Origin: Podarcis pityusensis
Lineage: Eukaryota
Assembly (NCBI GenBank): GCA_964106645.2
Contig: CAXKZF020000232.1
Strand: one strand, 5' to 3'
Length of the DNA: 64,000 nt
Each line of letters begins with the position of its first letter. The stretch's first letter is position 1. The notes under the pieces are model-generated. The model worked only from the letters and a program-made list of their open reading frames with translations. It was not told the DNA's origin and did no database searches. This document shows positions 46,125 through 56,569 of this stretch, piece after piece. Both the position numbers and the translations under genes were made by a program.

Positions 46125-46510
46125 GACCCCCCATGTTGTGACGACCCACCTATGGTGCTTGCTCACTGTCACTGTTTTTACATGGGGGGTCCCTCCCTCT
46201 ATAAATATATGTGTAATATATATAATACATATAATATATATATACATATTCTGTTATACGTGAGGGGGCCACCCCCTAGAAAACCCGGTTACACGACTAC
46301 CCAGTAAACTACTGCTATGTGCCGCAAACGGCATACAACCTTTACCCCCAAAACACCCTCTCAGCGTCCAAAAGCGGCGTACACCAAAATAATACTTTAA
46401 AGTTCGACAAAGTAATACATGTGTATTATTCCAGTATAAGACATATAAAACTCAAATACTTTGAAAGTGTGCGAGACTAATACAGTCAAAAGAGCGCATT
46501 AAACCGCGTT
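46125..46510. other. AT-rich non-coding region, candidate replication origin
   Basis: ~60-nt near-pure AT tract at 46200-46258 with flanking inverted repeats. Confidence 0.45.
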
Positions 46511-46568
46511 ACAACGGCCTCAAAACCGTACACCTTTGAGAATACACCCTGACGTTAGGAGCCCTAAA

Positions 46569-47015
46569 ATGGCACAGACCACCACCAAGCGCATCGAGAA
46601 CGCCTACATCCAGGACGTCAAGAAGGGCGACAAGATCGTCCTCGCGGGCCAGAACGGCACCGAGACGCTGCTGGAGATCGTGAGCACCCCGGTGTACTCG
46701 CGCTACAAGTACAACGTCGAGATCGCGGGCCTCGGTGAGGCGACGTACTCCGAGAACACGAAGTTCACGATCGTGCGCGACGAGCTCGTCCCGGACCCGC
46801 ACCCGATCGGCACCGTCCTGTCGGTGGACAACGGCCACTCGTTCTACTACCGCGTCAACGCGGGCGAGGACGGCTGGTTCGTCCGCTCCAAGAACGACCG
46901 CGACAACGACCGCCCGCTCAGCCAGGCGGCGGGCTGGAACAACGCGTCGATCCAGCAGTGGGTCGCCCAGGGCTCGTTCTCGGCCAAGGTCGTCTTCGAC
47001 CCGACCAAGCAGTAG
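46569..47015 (+). CDS. hypothetical protein
   Basis: ATG after RBS motif. Confidence 0.75.
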   Translation: MAQTTTKRIENAYIQDVKKGDKIVLAGQNGTETLLEIVSTPVYSRYKYNVEIAGLGEATYSENTKFTIVRDELVPDPHPIGTVLSVDNGHSFYYRVNAGEDGWFVRSKNDRDNDRPLSQAAGWNNASIQQWVAQGSFSAKVVFDPTKQ

Positions 47016-47091
47016 GACCGCTGGGGCGGGGGTAACACCCCGCCCCACCACCCCACCGCCACCATCTACTAACCAAGAGTTAGGACTCCTA

Positions 47092-47613
47092 ATGCCCCTC
47101 CTGTTCGCTGAGCAGAGCACCTACCCGCTCCACCTGAGCAGGGTCCACGTTCGCAAGGAGCGAGCCAGCACGAAGCTCGGCTCGAACCTGTACGCCAGAG
47201 TCGAGAACGACATGGGCACCCATGCCGACGCGGTGTACCGCTACTACGAGACCGACCTGATCCGTGCCCTCTACGAGTACGGGGAGCACGAGGGCCAGGA
47301 ACGGCTCAACATCCTCGCGTTCGAGATATTCACGAACGGCTACGAGTGGAGCACGTACACGAAGCGCAGGATCACGCAGTTCCTCTGGCAGAACGTGACG
47401 AGCACCACGGTGTTCTCGCACCAGGGCATCTTCTACGTGCTGCCCCAAGACCACTACCGCGAATACTGGTCTGAGGACGCCAAGAGCCTCTACAACCAGA
47501 CCGGCAAGACCCGCGAAGAGCGCTGGGCCGAGCGCAACCTGTACAACGCGGACACCTACACCGCGTTCGTCCCTCTCAGCATGCCCGTGATCCACACCGC
47601 CACCGAGGATTAG
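47092..47613 (+). CDS. hypothetical protein
   Basis: ATG after TTAGGACTCCTAA. Confidence 0.7.
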   Translation: MPLLFAEQSTYPLHLSRVHVRKERASTKLGSNLYARVENDMGTHADAVYRYYETDLIRALYEYGEHEGQERLNILAFEIFTNGYEWSTYTKRRITQFLWQNVTSTTVFSHQGIFYVLPQDHYREYWSEDAKSLYNQTGKTREERWAERNLYNADTYTAFVPLSMPVIHTATED

Positions 47614-47624
47614 GAGTCCTAACC

Positions 47625-47864
47625 ATGAAGTTCACCACCGAGTCCGGCACGCAGTACGAGATCGACCTGGACGAGGGCCGCGTTCGTCGGCTCCCCAGCG
47701 AGCACGGCGAGGGTCTTCGCAAGGACAACGACTGGATTGACCTCCAGATCCTGCCCGACGTGACCGTGGGCAGCCCCTGCACCATGATCCTCGCCCCGCT
47801 CGGGCAGGGAGACGCCACCATGCGACGCACGACCATCGTCATGGACATCGAGTTCGAGGATTAG
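47625..47864 (+). CDS. hypothetical protein
   Basis: RBS motif. Confidence 0.7.
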   Translation: MKFTTESGTQYEIDLDEGRVRRLPSEHGEGLRKDNDWIDLQILPDVTVGSPCTMILAPLGQGDATMRRTTIVMDIEFED

Positions 47865-47874
47865 GAGTCCTAAC

Positions 47875-48081
47875 ATGAGACGCAAGCCCCCCAGCCTCAT
47901 CTTCCCGCTCATGCTCGGCCTCGCAGTCGGCAACATCTGGTCGGTGGCGATGGAGACCAACAACAACAAGGCATGGATGGCGCTCGCGTTCATCCTGGTC
48001 GCCCTCGTCTACGGCCTCATCAGCATCATCATCGAGGCCGTGTTCGACTACCGCGACGACAAGAGGAGGTACAACACATGA
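47875..48081 (+). CDS. membrane protein
   Basis: Two TM segments. Confidence 0.65.
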   Translation: MRRKPPSLIFPLMLGLAVGNIWSVAMETNNNKAWMALAFILVALVYGLISIIIEAVFDYRDDKRRYNT

Positions 48082-48413
48082 AAGAGACCATGAAGATCCT
48101 GGGCTTCGCCCTGCTGTTCGGCCTGGCCGTTGGCATGATCGTGTTCGGCGTCAGCGGGATCATCAAGCTCGTGACCGACCCTGAGCCGAGCGCGACGATC
48201 GGCGCTGATGAGGCGCAGATCCACAACATGTCGGCACCCGACGATGAGCACGTCGAGGGCTACATGGACAGCACCGACATCGGGTTCGCCACGGTGCTGT
48301 ACTACGAGATCAACACCCCTGACGGTTCCGTGCCCTGCCTCGTCGTGGAGCCCATCATTCGCAACGGGGCCATCCCGACCCTCGACTGTGATTGGACGGT
48401 GATCCGACCGTGA
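48078..48413 (+). CDS. membrane-anchored protein
   Basis: GAGGAGG RBS; N-terminal TM segment. Confidence 0.65.
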   Translation: MKETMKILGFALLFGLAVGMIVFGVSGIIKLVTDPEPSATIGADEAQIHNMSAPDDEHVEGYMDSTDIGFATVLYYEINTPDGSVPCLVVEPIIRNGAIPTLDCDWTVIRP

Positions 48414-48658
48414 AGACTCTCGCCAGCCAGACCATCGCGAACCTGATCGAGTTCCACTACGATCAGTACCCGGACTCCGAGCCGCCTGTGCTCGATGGGC
48501 TCGCATCGGGAGATTGGTGCTTGACACGCACCGCTCCAGATGGTAGCGTCACCTTCATCGAGGTCATCGACTACGACACTGGCGAGTTCCAGAGCACGGC
48601 ACGCGCTGCACACGAGACCCCGGAACAGCGAGCCCTGGCACTGGGGCTCATCACGTAG
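48410..48658 (+). CDS. hypothetical protein
   Basis: GTGA-coupled ORF. Confidence 0.55.
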   Translation: MKTLASQTIANLIEFHYDQYPDSEPPVLDGLASGDWCLTRTAPDGSVTFIEVIDYDTGEFQSTARAAHETPEQRALALGLIT

Positions 48659-48672
48659 AGTTAGGAGCCCTA

Positions 48673-49074
48673 ATGGACACCATCACGGTCACGCCGGACA
48701 GCATCGAGAACCTGGCCGAGCGGCTGGGCCGCGACCTCCGGCCAGACCGGCCAAAGACCGTCCACTTCGGCATCGACCTCAACTCGGAGGACGGGGAGAT
48801 CCTGACGAGCCTGGTCACCAAGCCGAGTGGTGAGCCTGCCTACGACTACGACAGCGACGACTGGGAAGAGTGGGGCGAGCCGTCGCTGACGTACGCCGAG
48901 CACCGCCACGTCACGATCAAGGCCAAGGACCTGATGGACGCGCTCGAATGGGTGCTGTACATCGAGAGCATCGACCTGAGCCTCCCCGCAATGGAATACG
49001 AGTTCCAGCGTGGCACCCGCATCGTGATCTCTGATCAGGAAGACTGGTCAGAGGACCAGGTGAGCATCACATGA
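48673..49074 (+). CDS. hypothetical protein
   Basis: RBS motif. Confidence 0.7.
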   Translation: MDTITVTPDSIENLAERLGRDLRPDRPKTVHFGIDLNSEDGEILTSLVTKPSGEPAYDYDSDDWEEWGEPSLTYAEHRHVTIKAKDLMDALEWVLYIESIDLSLPAMEYEFQRGTRIVISDQEDWSEDQVSIT

Positions 49075-49364
49075 TCAAGCCGATCGTCACGTCCGAAGCA
49101 CCGGCACGAGACCCCAAGTGGCAGGAACCGCTCTACTTCCAGGCATGGGTAGGCCACGAGAACATCACGTTCATCGGGCACAGCGGCGGTCTCGACTACT
49201 ACGTGGCGCACATGGACCCCACCAGGCACGATCGAGCCGTCAACAAGGACGGCAACGCGGTCTCGTATCTTTACGGGATCGACAAGGATGGCTCCCTCGT
49301 CATCTGCCTCAACTTCAACCTCAACATCGAGTTCATGCTCGATGACGAACCTTCGACCGATTAG
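49071..49364 (+). CDS. hypothetical protein
   Basis: ATGA-coupled ORF. Confidence 0.65.
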   Translation: MIKPIVTSEAPARDPKWQEPLYFQAWVGHENITFIGHSGGLDYYVAHMDPTRHDRAVNKDGNAVSYLYGIDKDGSLVICLNFNLNIEFMLDDEPSTD

Positions 49365-49375
49365 GAGCACTAAAC

Positions 49376-50551
49376 ATGACGCACTACATCCCGCAGGGCA
49401 ACTCCCTCGACGTGACCGCCAACGCCAACATCACCGTGCTCGATGAGCTCCCGCTCGGCACGTACGCCGTGAAGCTCGACATGAAGCGCGGCTACTACCT
49501 CGACCGCATCGCCTCGTTCACGCCGCCCAAGGGCAAGGTGTACGGGCACACGCCCCGCCACGCCGAGCGCATCTGGAGCACCTTCGACCAGCGCCCGCAC
49601 CAGGCCGGCGTCCTGCTCTCCGGTGAGGCCGGGTCGGGCAAGACGATGCTCGCCAAGGAGCTCAGCCTCATGGGCCTCGCCAAGGGCGTCAGCACGCTCG
49701 TGATCAACCAGGCGCTCTACGGTGAGGACTTCAACACCTTCATCGCGAGCATCGACCAGCCCGTCGTCGTCATCTTCGATGAGTTCGAGAAGGTCTACGA
49801 CCGCGACGACCAGGAGAAGATGCTCACGCTGCTCGACGGCCTGTACGCCTCGAAGCGCCTGTTCATCCTCACCTGCAACGACAAGTACCGGATCAACACG
49901 CACATGCTGAACCGTCCGGGTCGGCTGTTCTACCACCTGGAGTACACGGGCCTCGACCAGACGTTCATCGAGGAATACTGCAACGACAACCTGGACGACA
50001 AGGCGCACACGCCGGTCATCATGTCCATCGCGGCGGTCTTCCCGAAGTTCAACTTCGACATGCTCAAGGCGATCGTGGAGGAGGTCAACCGCTACGGCGA
50101 CACGCCGCACCAGGCGCTGGAGATGCTGAACGCGAAGCCCAACACGGAGTACAGCCAGACGTTCCAGGTCCGCGTCACCGACAAGGACGGCAAGACGCTC
50201 GACACCGACAAGACGTGGAACGGTGCGCCGCTCGACGCGGGCGGCATCGAGCTCTACCTCAACAGCGAGGAGCAGATCCTCAAGGTGCGGGAGCAGATGA
50301 CCGAGGAGTACGGTCGCCACATCGCGTCGGGCGTCTACACCGAGGCCCAGATGGAGCGCCAGGTCGAGCGAGCACTCCGTGACCTCAAGTACACCGCGGA
50401 CTCCGACGAGAACCCTGAGCTGTTCGCCCAGTTCACGATCCGCGACTTCCAGCGCGCCGACGCGAAGACGGGCGACTTCATCTTCGAGAACGAGCAGGGC
50501 CAGACCCTGACGCTCGCGAAGAAGGTCGAGCAGACCTTCTCCTGGGCCTGA
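49376..50551 (+). CDS. AAA+ ATPase
   Basis: GEAGSGKT, IFDEFEK, LTLLDG, NRPGR. Confidence 0.88.
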   Translation: MTHYIPQGNSLDVTANANITVLDELPLGTYAVKLDMKRGYYLDRIASFTPPKGKVYGHTPRHAERIWSTFDQRPHQAGVLLSGEAGSGKTMLAKELSLMGLAKGVSTLVINQALYGEDFNTFIASIDQPVVVIFDEFEKVYDRDDQEKMLTLLDGLYASKRLFILTCNDKYRINTHMLNRPGRLFYHLEYTGLDQTFIEEYCNDNLDDKAHTPVIMSIAAVFPKFNFDMLKAIVEEVNRYGDTPHQALEMLNAKPNTEYSQTFQVRVTDKDGKTLDTDKTWNGAPLDAGGIELYLNSEEQILKVREQMTEEYGRHIASGVYTEAQMERQVERALRDLKYTADSDENPELFAQFTIRDFQRADAKTGDFIFENEQGQTLTLAKKVEQTFSWA

Positions 50552-50590
50552 TCGACACCAACCCGCAGTACCCAACAGTTAGGAGCCCTA

Positions 50591-51067
50591 ATGGCTGACA
50601 TGACAGAACGACAGGCTGCTGCCGAGCAGAAGCTCGACGCGATCATCGCAGAGGTTCGTCGCCTCGCCGCGGAGAACCCGGATCACGTCTACCGGTCGAT
50701 CAACGACCACTGGTGGACCGAGCACGCACCGAGCAAGCTCGACCTCGCCTGGTACGGCGTCCAGAGCGGCAAGGAGCTCAACGGCTGTCTCTACATCCAC
50801 AAGACCGTGGGCTCGGAGCCGACCGGCGGCTGCATCTTCGGGCAGGCGTTCCTGAACGTCGGCTACACGCCCGACGAGATCAAGCGCTGCGACACGTCCT
50901 TCGACGCCGCAGGTGCGATCAAGGCGCTCGTCACGGACCTCGACTGGGAGAAGGACTCCGTTCAGCAGAAGCTCGACTGGTGCACCGAGGTCCAGGCGGG
51001 CCAGGACGCGAACCACACCTGGGGCGAGGCCGTCGAGGACGCCGACCTGGAGGACGAGAACGCATGA
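50591..51067 (+). CDS. hypothetical protein
   Basis: CLY, GCIFGQA, QD...TWG.A. Confidence 0.7.
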   Translation: MADMTERQAAAEQKLDAIIAEVRRLAAENPDHVYRSINDHWWTEHAPSKLDLAWYGVQSGKELNGCLYIHKTVGSEPTGGCIFGQAFLNVGYTPDEIKRCDTSFDAAGAIKALVTDLDWEKDSVQQKLDWCTEVQAGQDANHTWGEAVEDADLEDENA

Positions 51068-51321
51068 GCGCCTTCGAGACCACGCTGGCAGCAGCGGCCC
51101 GTGCAGGCTCTGAGGCGGGCCGTGAGGCCGCAGGCTCGGGCAGGTACACCCGAGGTCAGCTCGTGGACCTGCACCCCACCGACGAGGGCTACACGCCGAC
51201 CGAGATCCTGCTCAAGATCACGGGCAACAAGGAACTCGCGGACCCGGATGAGGCTGACATCATCGTCGGCTGCTTCGAGGACAACTTCTTCGAGGCGATC
51301 GAGGAGTACGAGGAGGACTGA
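51064..51321 (+). CDS. hypothetical protein
   Basis: ATGA-coupled ORF. Confidence 0.6.
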   Translation: MSAFETTLAAAARAGSEAGREAAGSGRYTRGQLVDLHPTDEGYTPTEILLKITGNKELADPDEADIIVGCFEDNFFEAIEEYEED

Positions 51322-51472
51322 TGGAACTCGCATCGCTCGCTCTCGTGTTCCTGCTGGGCATCGCAATCGGGGCAGCCCTGATGAACGTGCTCAGCAACCA
51401 CATCAAGTAGCAAGACCGGGGGGATTAGGGACCCTAATCCCCCCACGCAGCATCTACCTAAGGAGACACACC

Positions 51473-52084
51473 ATGACCAACACCACCCTCGGCACCGTGG
51501 ACCACGCTGCCGCCACGTTCTGGAAGACCGACACCACCGGCAAGGGCCACCTCCAGCGAGGTGCCGCCTTCCACGCCGCCGTCGCCTCGCTCGTCCAGGA
51601 GGGCGAGAAGAAGGGCAACGCGCAGAAGATCATCGCGGAGGCCGTCGCGGAGAGCGCCCCGGCCCACGAGAAGAAGTTCGGCTCGGCCACCGTCAGCCAG
51701 TACAACGCGTCCTACGCGCTCATGCTGGAGGAGACGAGCAACTTCCGGCCCGTGCAGTCCACCGCGGACCTGTACGCCGTCGTCCACAAGGCGTACGCCG
51801 CCAGCATGGGCGTCGAGAACCTGCGCGCGATCCTGTCGGGCTACACCGAGACGGACCTCGCGATCGCCGCTGTCGGCGCGCTCAAGCGTCCGGGCCAGGA
51901 GCCCAAGGGCGAGGGCGAGGAGGAGCGCAAGGGTCGCGGTTCGTTCGGCCTCAAGGCCGCGCTGACCGCCCTCGCCAAGATCCAGGACCACGACTGGTCC
52001 GACGACGAGAAGCACCAGCTCTTCGAGGCGCTGATCGCCACGACCGTCGCCGTCCAGCCCGACGTGCAGGAGGACGGCGAGTGA
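51473..52084 (+). CDS. hypothetical protein (paralog of 43823..44401)
   Basis: AAGGAG RBS. Confidence 0.75.
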   Translation: MTNTTLGTVDHAAATFWKTDTTGKGHLQRGAAFHAAVASLVQEGEKKGNAQKIIAEAVAESAPAHEKKFGSATVSQYNASYALMLEETSNFRPVQSTADLYAVVHKAYAASMGVENLRAILSGYTETDLAIAAVGALKRPGQEPKGEGEEERKGRGSFGLKAALTALAKIQDHDWSDDEKHQLFEALIATTVAVQPDVQEDGE

Positions 52085-52275
52085 TGATCTTCCTCGCGAT
52101 CCTCTGCTTCCTGATCTCGTGGGTGTGCGGCTACTTCGGCCTGCACCCCATCCTGTCGGCGGTCGTCAACGGCTCCGACATCAGCACCGCGCAGGCGCTG
52201 TTCAGCGCCGTGCTGCTCGCGATCTGGATCTGGTTCTCGATCCTCGCCGGTCAGGCGTTCGCTGCACGGGATTAG
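52081..52275 (+). CDS. membrane protein
   Basis: Two TM segments. Confidence 0.6.
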   Translation: MMIFLAILCFLISWVCGYFGLHPILSAVVNGSDISTAQALFSAVLLAIWIWFSILAGQAFAARD

Positions 52276-52323
52276 GACTCCTAATCCCCACTCCACCAAC
52301 CACAATAGAAAGCAGGACAACAC

Positions 52324-52536
52324 ATGGCAAGCAACAAGAAGCGTCCCACGTTCCGTGAGTCGTACGAGTACGACAAGGTGCGGGTCACGCCGCTCCACAA
52401 CGGCGGTGCGTACTTCGTCACGAGCAACGGACGCTCGATGGTCGAGATCGGCCTCAGCAAGAAGCAGATCAAGGAGCTGATCCGGCAGCTCAAGCGGGCC
52501 ACCACGCTCACGGAGCGGGAGAGGGAGTGCTTCTGA
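52324..52536 (+). CDS. hypothetical protein
   Basis: RBS plus ORF. Confidence 0.65.
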   Translation: MASNKKRPTFRESYEYDKVRVTPLHNGGAYFVTSNGRSMVEIGLSKKQIKELIRQLKRATTLTERERECF

Positions 52537-52856
52537 TGCGCGACTGGTTCCGCAAGGTCGGGCGGGCCATCGCGTCCGCCCCTGACCGCAAGGGCTGGTA
52601 CCTGTTCTGGCTGATCTGGGATGCAGCGTACATGCTGTACCTCGGCGCTCGGCTGGACAACTACATCGCAGAGGGTGTCCTCTGGATGTGGTTCCTCATG
52701 GTCGCGCTGTTCTTCGGCCTGATGATCTGGATGTTCTTCCAGGCGTGGCGTCTGGCCTACGACAAGGGCTGGGATGAGCACGATGCACTCGTGAACCTCG
52801 CACAGAAGCTTCGCGAGATCCACATGAAAGCGGCTGGCAGCCACCCCACCAAGTAG
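52536..52856 (+). CDS. membrane protein
   Basis: Two TM segments. Confidence 0.6.
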   Translation: MRDWFRKVGRAIASAPDRKGWYLFWLIWDAAYMLYLGARLDNYIAEGVLWMWFLMVALFFGLMIWMFFQAWRLAYDKGWDEHDALVNLAQKLREIHMKAAGSHPTK

Positions 52857-52868
52857 TTAGGAGCCCTA

Positions 52869-53426
52869 ATGACACCCGAGCAGGCAGTCGAGTACCTGAA
52901 CGGCAAGTACCGTTCGTACGATGAGCGAGCAGTCAGGTACCGGCTGTCGGCGTACGCCATGATCCTCATGGGCCTCGAAGAGGATGACAGCATCATCGAC
53001 TTCGGCGGTGGTGAGGCCGAGCTTGAGAGGTGCCTCCGTGAGGAGTTCGGGTGGACGGGTGTCTACACCAACGTGGACTACTCGACGGGCATGGACATCA
53101 AGACGATCCTCAACGATTTCGACAGCCGTACGTCGTACGTCCATGACTTCGTGGCGTCGCTGGAGGTGGTCGAGCACTTCGACACGATGTGGGCGAAGTT
53201 CATGCTCGACCGCCTCCCGAGGTACGCTCGCAAGGGCGTCGTGCTGACCACCCCCAACCCGCACGTACAGAACATCTACGAGATGGACGACACGCATGTG
53301 ACGCCGATCGGGCCACAGCGGCTGGAGGTGTACGGGTACACTGTCGAGGAGCACATGCTCTACGACGGGTACTACTCGCAAGGACAGGTCGATGGGCTTG
53401 TGGCCTATCAGAAGGGGCGGGCATGA
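52869..53426 (+). CDS. class I SAM-dependent methyltransferase
   Basis: IIDFGGGEA, SLEVVEH, LTTPN. Confidence 0.75.
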   Translation: MTPEQAVEYLNGKYRSYDERAVRYRLSAYAMILMGLEEDDSIIDFGGGEAELERCLREEFGWTGVYTNVDYSTGMDIKTILNDFDSRTSYVHDFVASLEVVEHFDTMWAKFMLDRLPRYARKGVVLTTPNPHVQNIYEMDDTHVTPIGPQRLEVYGYTVEEHMLYDGYYSQGQVDGLVAYQKGRA

Positions 53427-53580
53427 CCAACCGCTTAGAGTTCATCGTCACCAAGACGAAGGACGGTAAGTTCACCACCAAGTACAACCGCAAGACTTTC
53501 AGTGCCTCGACGCTCCGTGCGTTGGACAGGGCGCTGACGAAGGCTGATGTTCCTGATCACAGAACGTTCAGAGTCCAGCC

Positions 53581-53609
53581 TTGACAACCAACCAACCATG
53601 TGCTACTGT
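53581..53609 (+). promoter_or_regulatory. SigA-type promoter
   Basis: TTGACA-17nt-TACTGT with extended TG. Confidence 0.65.
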
Positions 53610-53646
53610 ATTCATACAGCCAGCCACCCACTGTTAGGAGCACTAA

Positions 53647-54183
53647 ATGCTGCACATCGCATCCGACTGGACCCGTGACCAGATCGACACCGCCCTCGCT
53701 GAGCTCGCCCCCGTCGTGGAGGTCCTGGGCGGCGAGTTCCGCTCGTTCGAGCAGGAGCACCACGGCGAGCCCGTCCGCGCCGCGAACTGGAACGAGTGGA
53801 TCGCGGAGAACCTGAGCCTCTTCATCCTCGACCCGGAGCACGACGCCGACGCCAAGGAGTCGGACCTGGCGGCGGTCTTCCTCGTCGGCATCGGCACGGA
53901 CCTGGGCCAGTGCCTGCACATCGCCAGCCTGCTCGGCATGTTCGACCCGAACGAGCTCAACGCGTTCCGCGAGGAGGGCGACAAGCTCACGGAGACGCAG
54001 ATCAAGGAGCACCTGATCACGGCGAACCTCGCGTTCGTCAAGGCGCGTCAGACGGTCATCGACATCGAGACCGCCAACCGCAACGAGCAGGGCATCCCGC
54101 TCGACGTGGAGCAGGACGACGTGGAGGCCGTGGACCTCACCGAGGACCGCCTCCGCACCATCTACGGCCTCGACGCCGAGTAG
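53647..54183 (+). CDS. acidic hypothetical protein
   Basis: RBS motif. Confidence 0.7.
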   Translation: MLHIASDWTRDQIDTALAELAPVVEVLGGEFRSFEQEHHGEPVRAANWNEWIAENLSLFILDPEHDADAKESDLAAVFLVGIGTDLGQCLHIASLLGMFDPNELNAFREEGDKLTETQIKEHLITANLAFVKARQTVIDIETANRNEQGIPLDVEQDDVEAVDLTEDRLRTIYGLDAE

Positions 54184-54228
54184 TCACCACCACCACCAAC
54201 CCACCCACCAAGAGTTAGGACCCCTAAT

Positions 54229-54816
54229 ATGGAGAAGTTCGAGAACACCCACCACCAGCACCCGATCACCTTCTCGGACGGCGAGACGTTCATCGAGGTC
54301 GAGGGCCAGCGCTTCAGCGCGGAGGAGGTCATCCGCAAGCTGGCTGAGGCTGCTGCTGACGAGGACGCGCTGTACGACACGCCCGAGGGCGAGGACCTGC
54401 CCGAGACCGACCTGACCGACGAGGAGACCGAGCGCCTGGTCGAGGCACTGGGCGGGATCACCGAGACGATCACCAACACCATCGGCTACTTCGCGGAGCC
54501 GGTGACGCGCGAGGTCTTCCGGGACACCTTCAAGATCGACCAGATCCAGATGAACGAGGACGGCCAGCTCAAGCAGGTCAACCGGTACCTCATCCGCAAC
54601 GCGTGGGAGGCGCTGGGCGTGCAGGTGAGCCGCATCTTCCTCGTCATCACCGGCAACAAGGCGCAGGCGATCAAGGCTGCCAGCGCGGCGTTCCCGGACC
54701 GCGAGATCACCGACGCGTACCTGGACAACGCGCTCGACCAGATCGGTGAGGCTCTGGCAGTCGCATCGAAGGCCGCGAAGGAGATCAGCGCCGCTCGTGG
54801 AGAGGGCGGTCTGTGA
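54229..54816 (+). CDS. hypothetical protein
   Basis: RBS motif. Confidence 0.7.
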   Translation: MEKFENTHHQHPITFSDGETFIEVEGQRFSAEEVIRKLAEAAADEDALYDTPEGEDLPETDLTDEETERLVEALGGITETITNTIGYFAEPVTREVFRDTFKIDQIQMNEDGQLKQVNRYLIRNAWEALGVQVSRIFLVITGNKAQAIKAASAAFPDREITDAYLDNALDQIGEALAVASKAAKEISAARGEGGL

Positions 54817-55310
54817 CATCAGCGATCGTCACTGCGTACGATGAGTACGTAGCGGCTCGTGTGGAGGCCCGTCGTGCTGCGCGAGAGCGTGTCACGGCGG
54901 AACTCCGCCCCCACCTTGCCGCCTTCGGTAAGGTCGTCCAGGAGGCACAGAACGATGGACTCAGCATCGCTGAGGTCGCTCGTGTCCTCGACATCAAGAA
55001 CCGCAACTTCATCTACGACGCCAAGCGTGCGTACGCAGAGCAGAGCGGCGAGGACTACAAGGTCCGCGAGTACGTTAGGAGCCCTAAGGTGGCAGTAGAA
55101 GAGCGCATCATCCCCGCCGACCCCGAGCCGGAGTACAAGATCCAGGTGATCGGTGACGACTGCTTCGAGGTCACGTTCCTGGGCGAGGACTACTTCATCA
55201 CGACCGATGAGGACGGCCACCTGATCTTCCCTGAGGAGTGGGCGGACTTCGATGCCACCACCCGTCAGATCGTGAAGAAGATCATCGCGGACGTGAAGGG
55301 ACTTGTGTGA
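54813..55310 (+). CDS. putative HTH protein
   Basis: GLSIAEVARVLDIKNRNFIY; contains an internal TTAGGAGCCCTAA. Confidence 0.6.
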   Translation: MTSAIVTAYDEYVAARVEARRAARERVTAELRPHLAAFGKVVQEAQNDGLSIAEVARVLDIKNRNFIYDAKRAYAEQSGEDYKVREYVRSPKVAVEERIIPADPEPEYKIQVIGDDCFEVTFLGEDYFITTDEDGHLIFPEEWADFDATTRQIVKKIIADVKGLV

Positions 55311-55517
55311 GCCGACTACCCCGCTCTCGTGGCGGTAAGACACCCGTAACGGTGGACGTGGTGCTGACCCAGCAGAAGGGTCTGCCCCGCGTCCGCCTTC
55401 GGATGGGCCACGAGAACCAGTACAACAGCAAGAACACAGACATGGACGAGGAGGAGACAGAGGCTCTGATCGTCCTCCTGCAATACAAGCTAGCCGAGTT
55501 GAGAGGTGAGGTGTGAC

Positions 55518-55769
55518 ATGTTCGCAATGAAGTTCGATGACAAGATGCGTGCGGCGCGAGCCAAGGGCATCGAGTACAAGAAGATCGAGACGCTGTACGA
55601 GAACACGCCCGAGTTCGAAGCGATGTGGGAGGCGTACGTCGCGAACAACGACCCGCTCTACAACATCGTGACCGAGGACGATGGGCGCACGCACACGTTC
55701 TACTACATCCACCTGCCGACCACCGTGGTCGAGCCGACGAAGGAGGTCGCCCATGCCGAAGCTGGTTGA
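55518..55769 (+). CDS. hypothetical protein
   Basis: GAGGTG RBS. Confidence 0.6.
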   Translation: MFAMKFDDKMRAARAKGIEYKKIETLYENTPEFEAMWEAYVANNDPLYNIVTEDDGRTHTFYYIHLPTTVVEPTKEVAHAEAG

Positions 55770-56106
55770 CGAGCACAAGTGCGAGGACTGCAACGACGAG
55801 ACCTGGTTCGTCCGGCTCGCTGAGCCTCAGGCTGTCCGGGTCGCACCGGATGGCAACAAGCCGGGGTACATGGCGTACGCAGACTACGCTGTGATCAAGC
55901 TCCACAATGGCACGTACGGGAAGGACGAGAACAAGAAGAAGTTCTCCGACACGTCCGTGTGGGCCGCCGATGAGAACGAGCAGACGTTCCCCGGACCCAT
56001 CTACCACATCAACCGGGCACGCACCCTCGATGAGGTCCTGTGGACCCTCGGCGGCGAGTACACCGACAACCGACCGGAAGGCAAGCTCAACAATGGCACT
56101 GCGTAG
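55753..56106 (+). CDS. hypothetical protein
   Basis: AGGAGGT RBS. Confidence 0.65.
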   Translation: MPKLVDEHKCEDCNDETWFVRLAEPQAVRVAPDGNKPGYMAYADYAVIKLHNGTYGKDENKKKFSDTSVWAADENEQTFPGPIYHINRARTLDEVLWTLGGEYTDNRPEGKLNNGTA

Positions 56107-56452
56107 TTTCAACGAGGACGTTCCCGCCGACAACAAGCACGGCGGGGGCGCACCCTCACCCGAGGAGCAGCGTGCTATGATGCAGCCGCTCGTCAAGGCA
56201 GCACTCGACCGGGCGATCGCAGAGATCCTGCACGCCGCTGAGGCTGCGATTAAGGAGGAGCGGGCGAATGGCAGGCCCGGAGACAAGTGGGACGAACTGC
56301 TCCTGCTGATCAGCAGCCTGACTCACATCCCTGCCGACGACAGGCTCCGTCTCGTCCTCGTGGCACGGCTGGCATTCCTGCTCGTGGCGGCTCGCAACCT
56401 GCTGCCGCCGAACACCGACATCGACCCGAACACCACGCAGTTCCGGGATTAG
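56093..56452 (+). CDS. hypothetical protein
   Basis: Coupled ORF. Confidence 0.55.
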   Translation: MALRSFNEDVPADNKHGGGAPSPEEQRAMMQPLVKAALDRAIAEILHAAEAAIKEERANGRPGDKWDELLLLISSLTHIPADDRLRLVLVARLAFLLVAARNLLPPNTDIDPNTTQFRD

Positions 56453-56569
56453 GGTCCCTAACAACCACGGAGTTTGATGAAAGTTTTGCAATACTTTTGT
56501 TAAGTTCCGTGTAGCACTACCCCGAAAAAATTTTTCGGGTTCACACATCATAGTACGGGAGGGTACACC

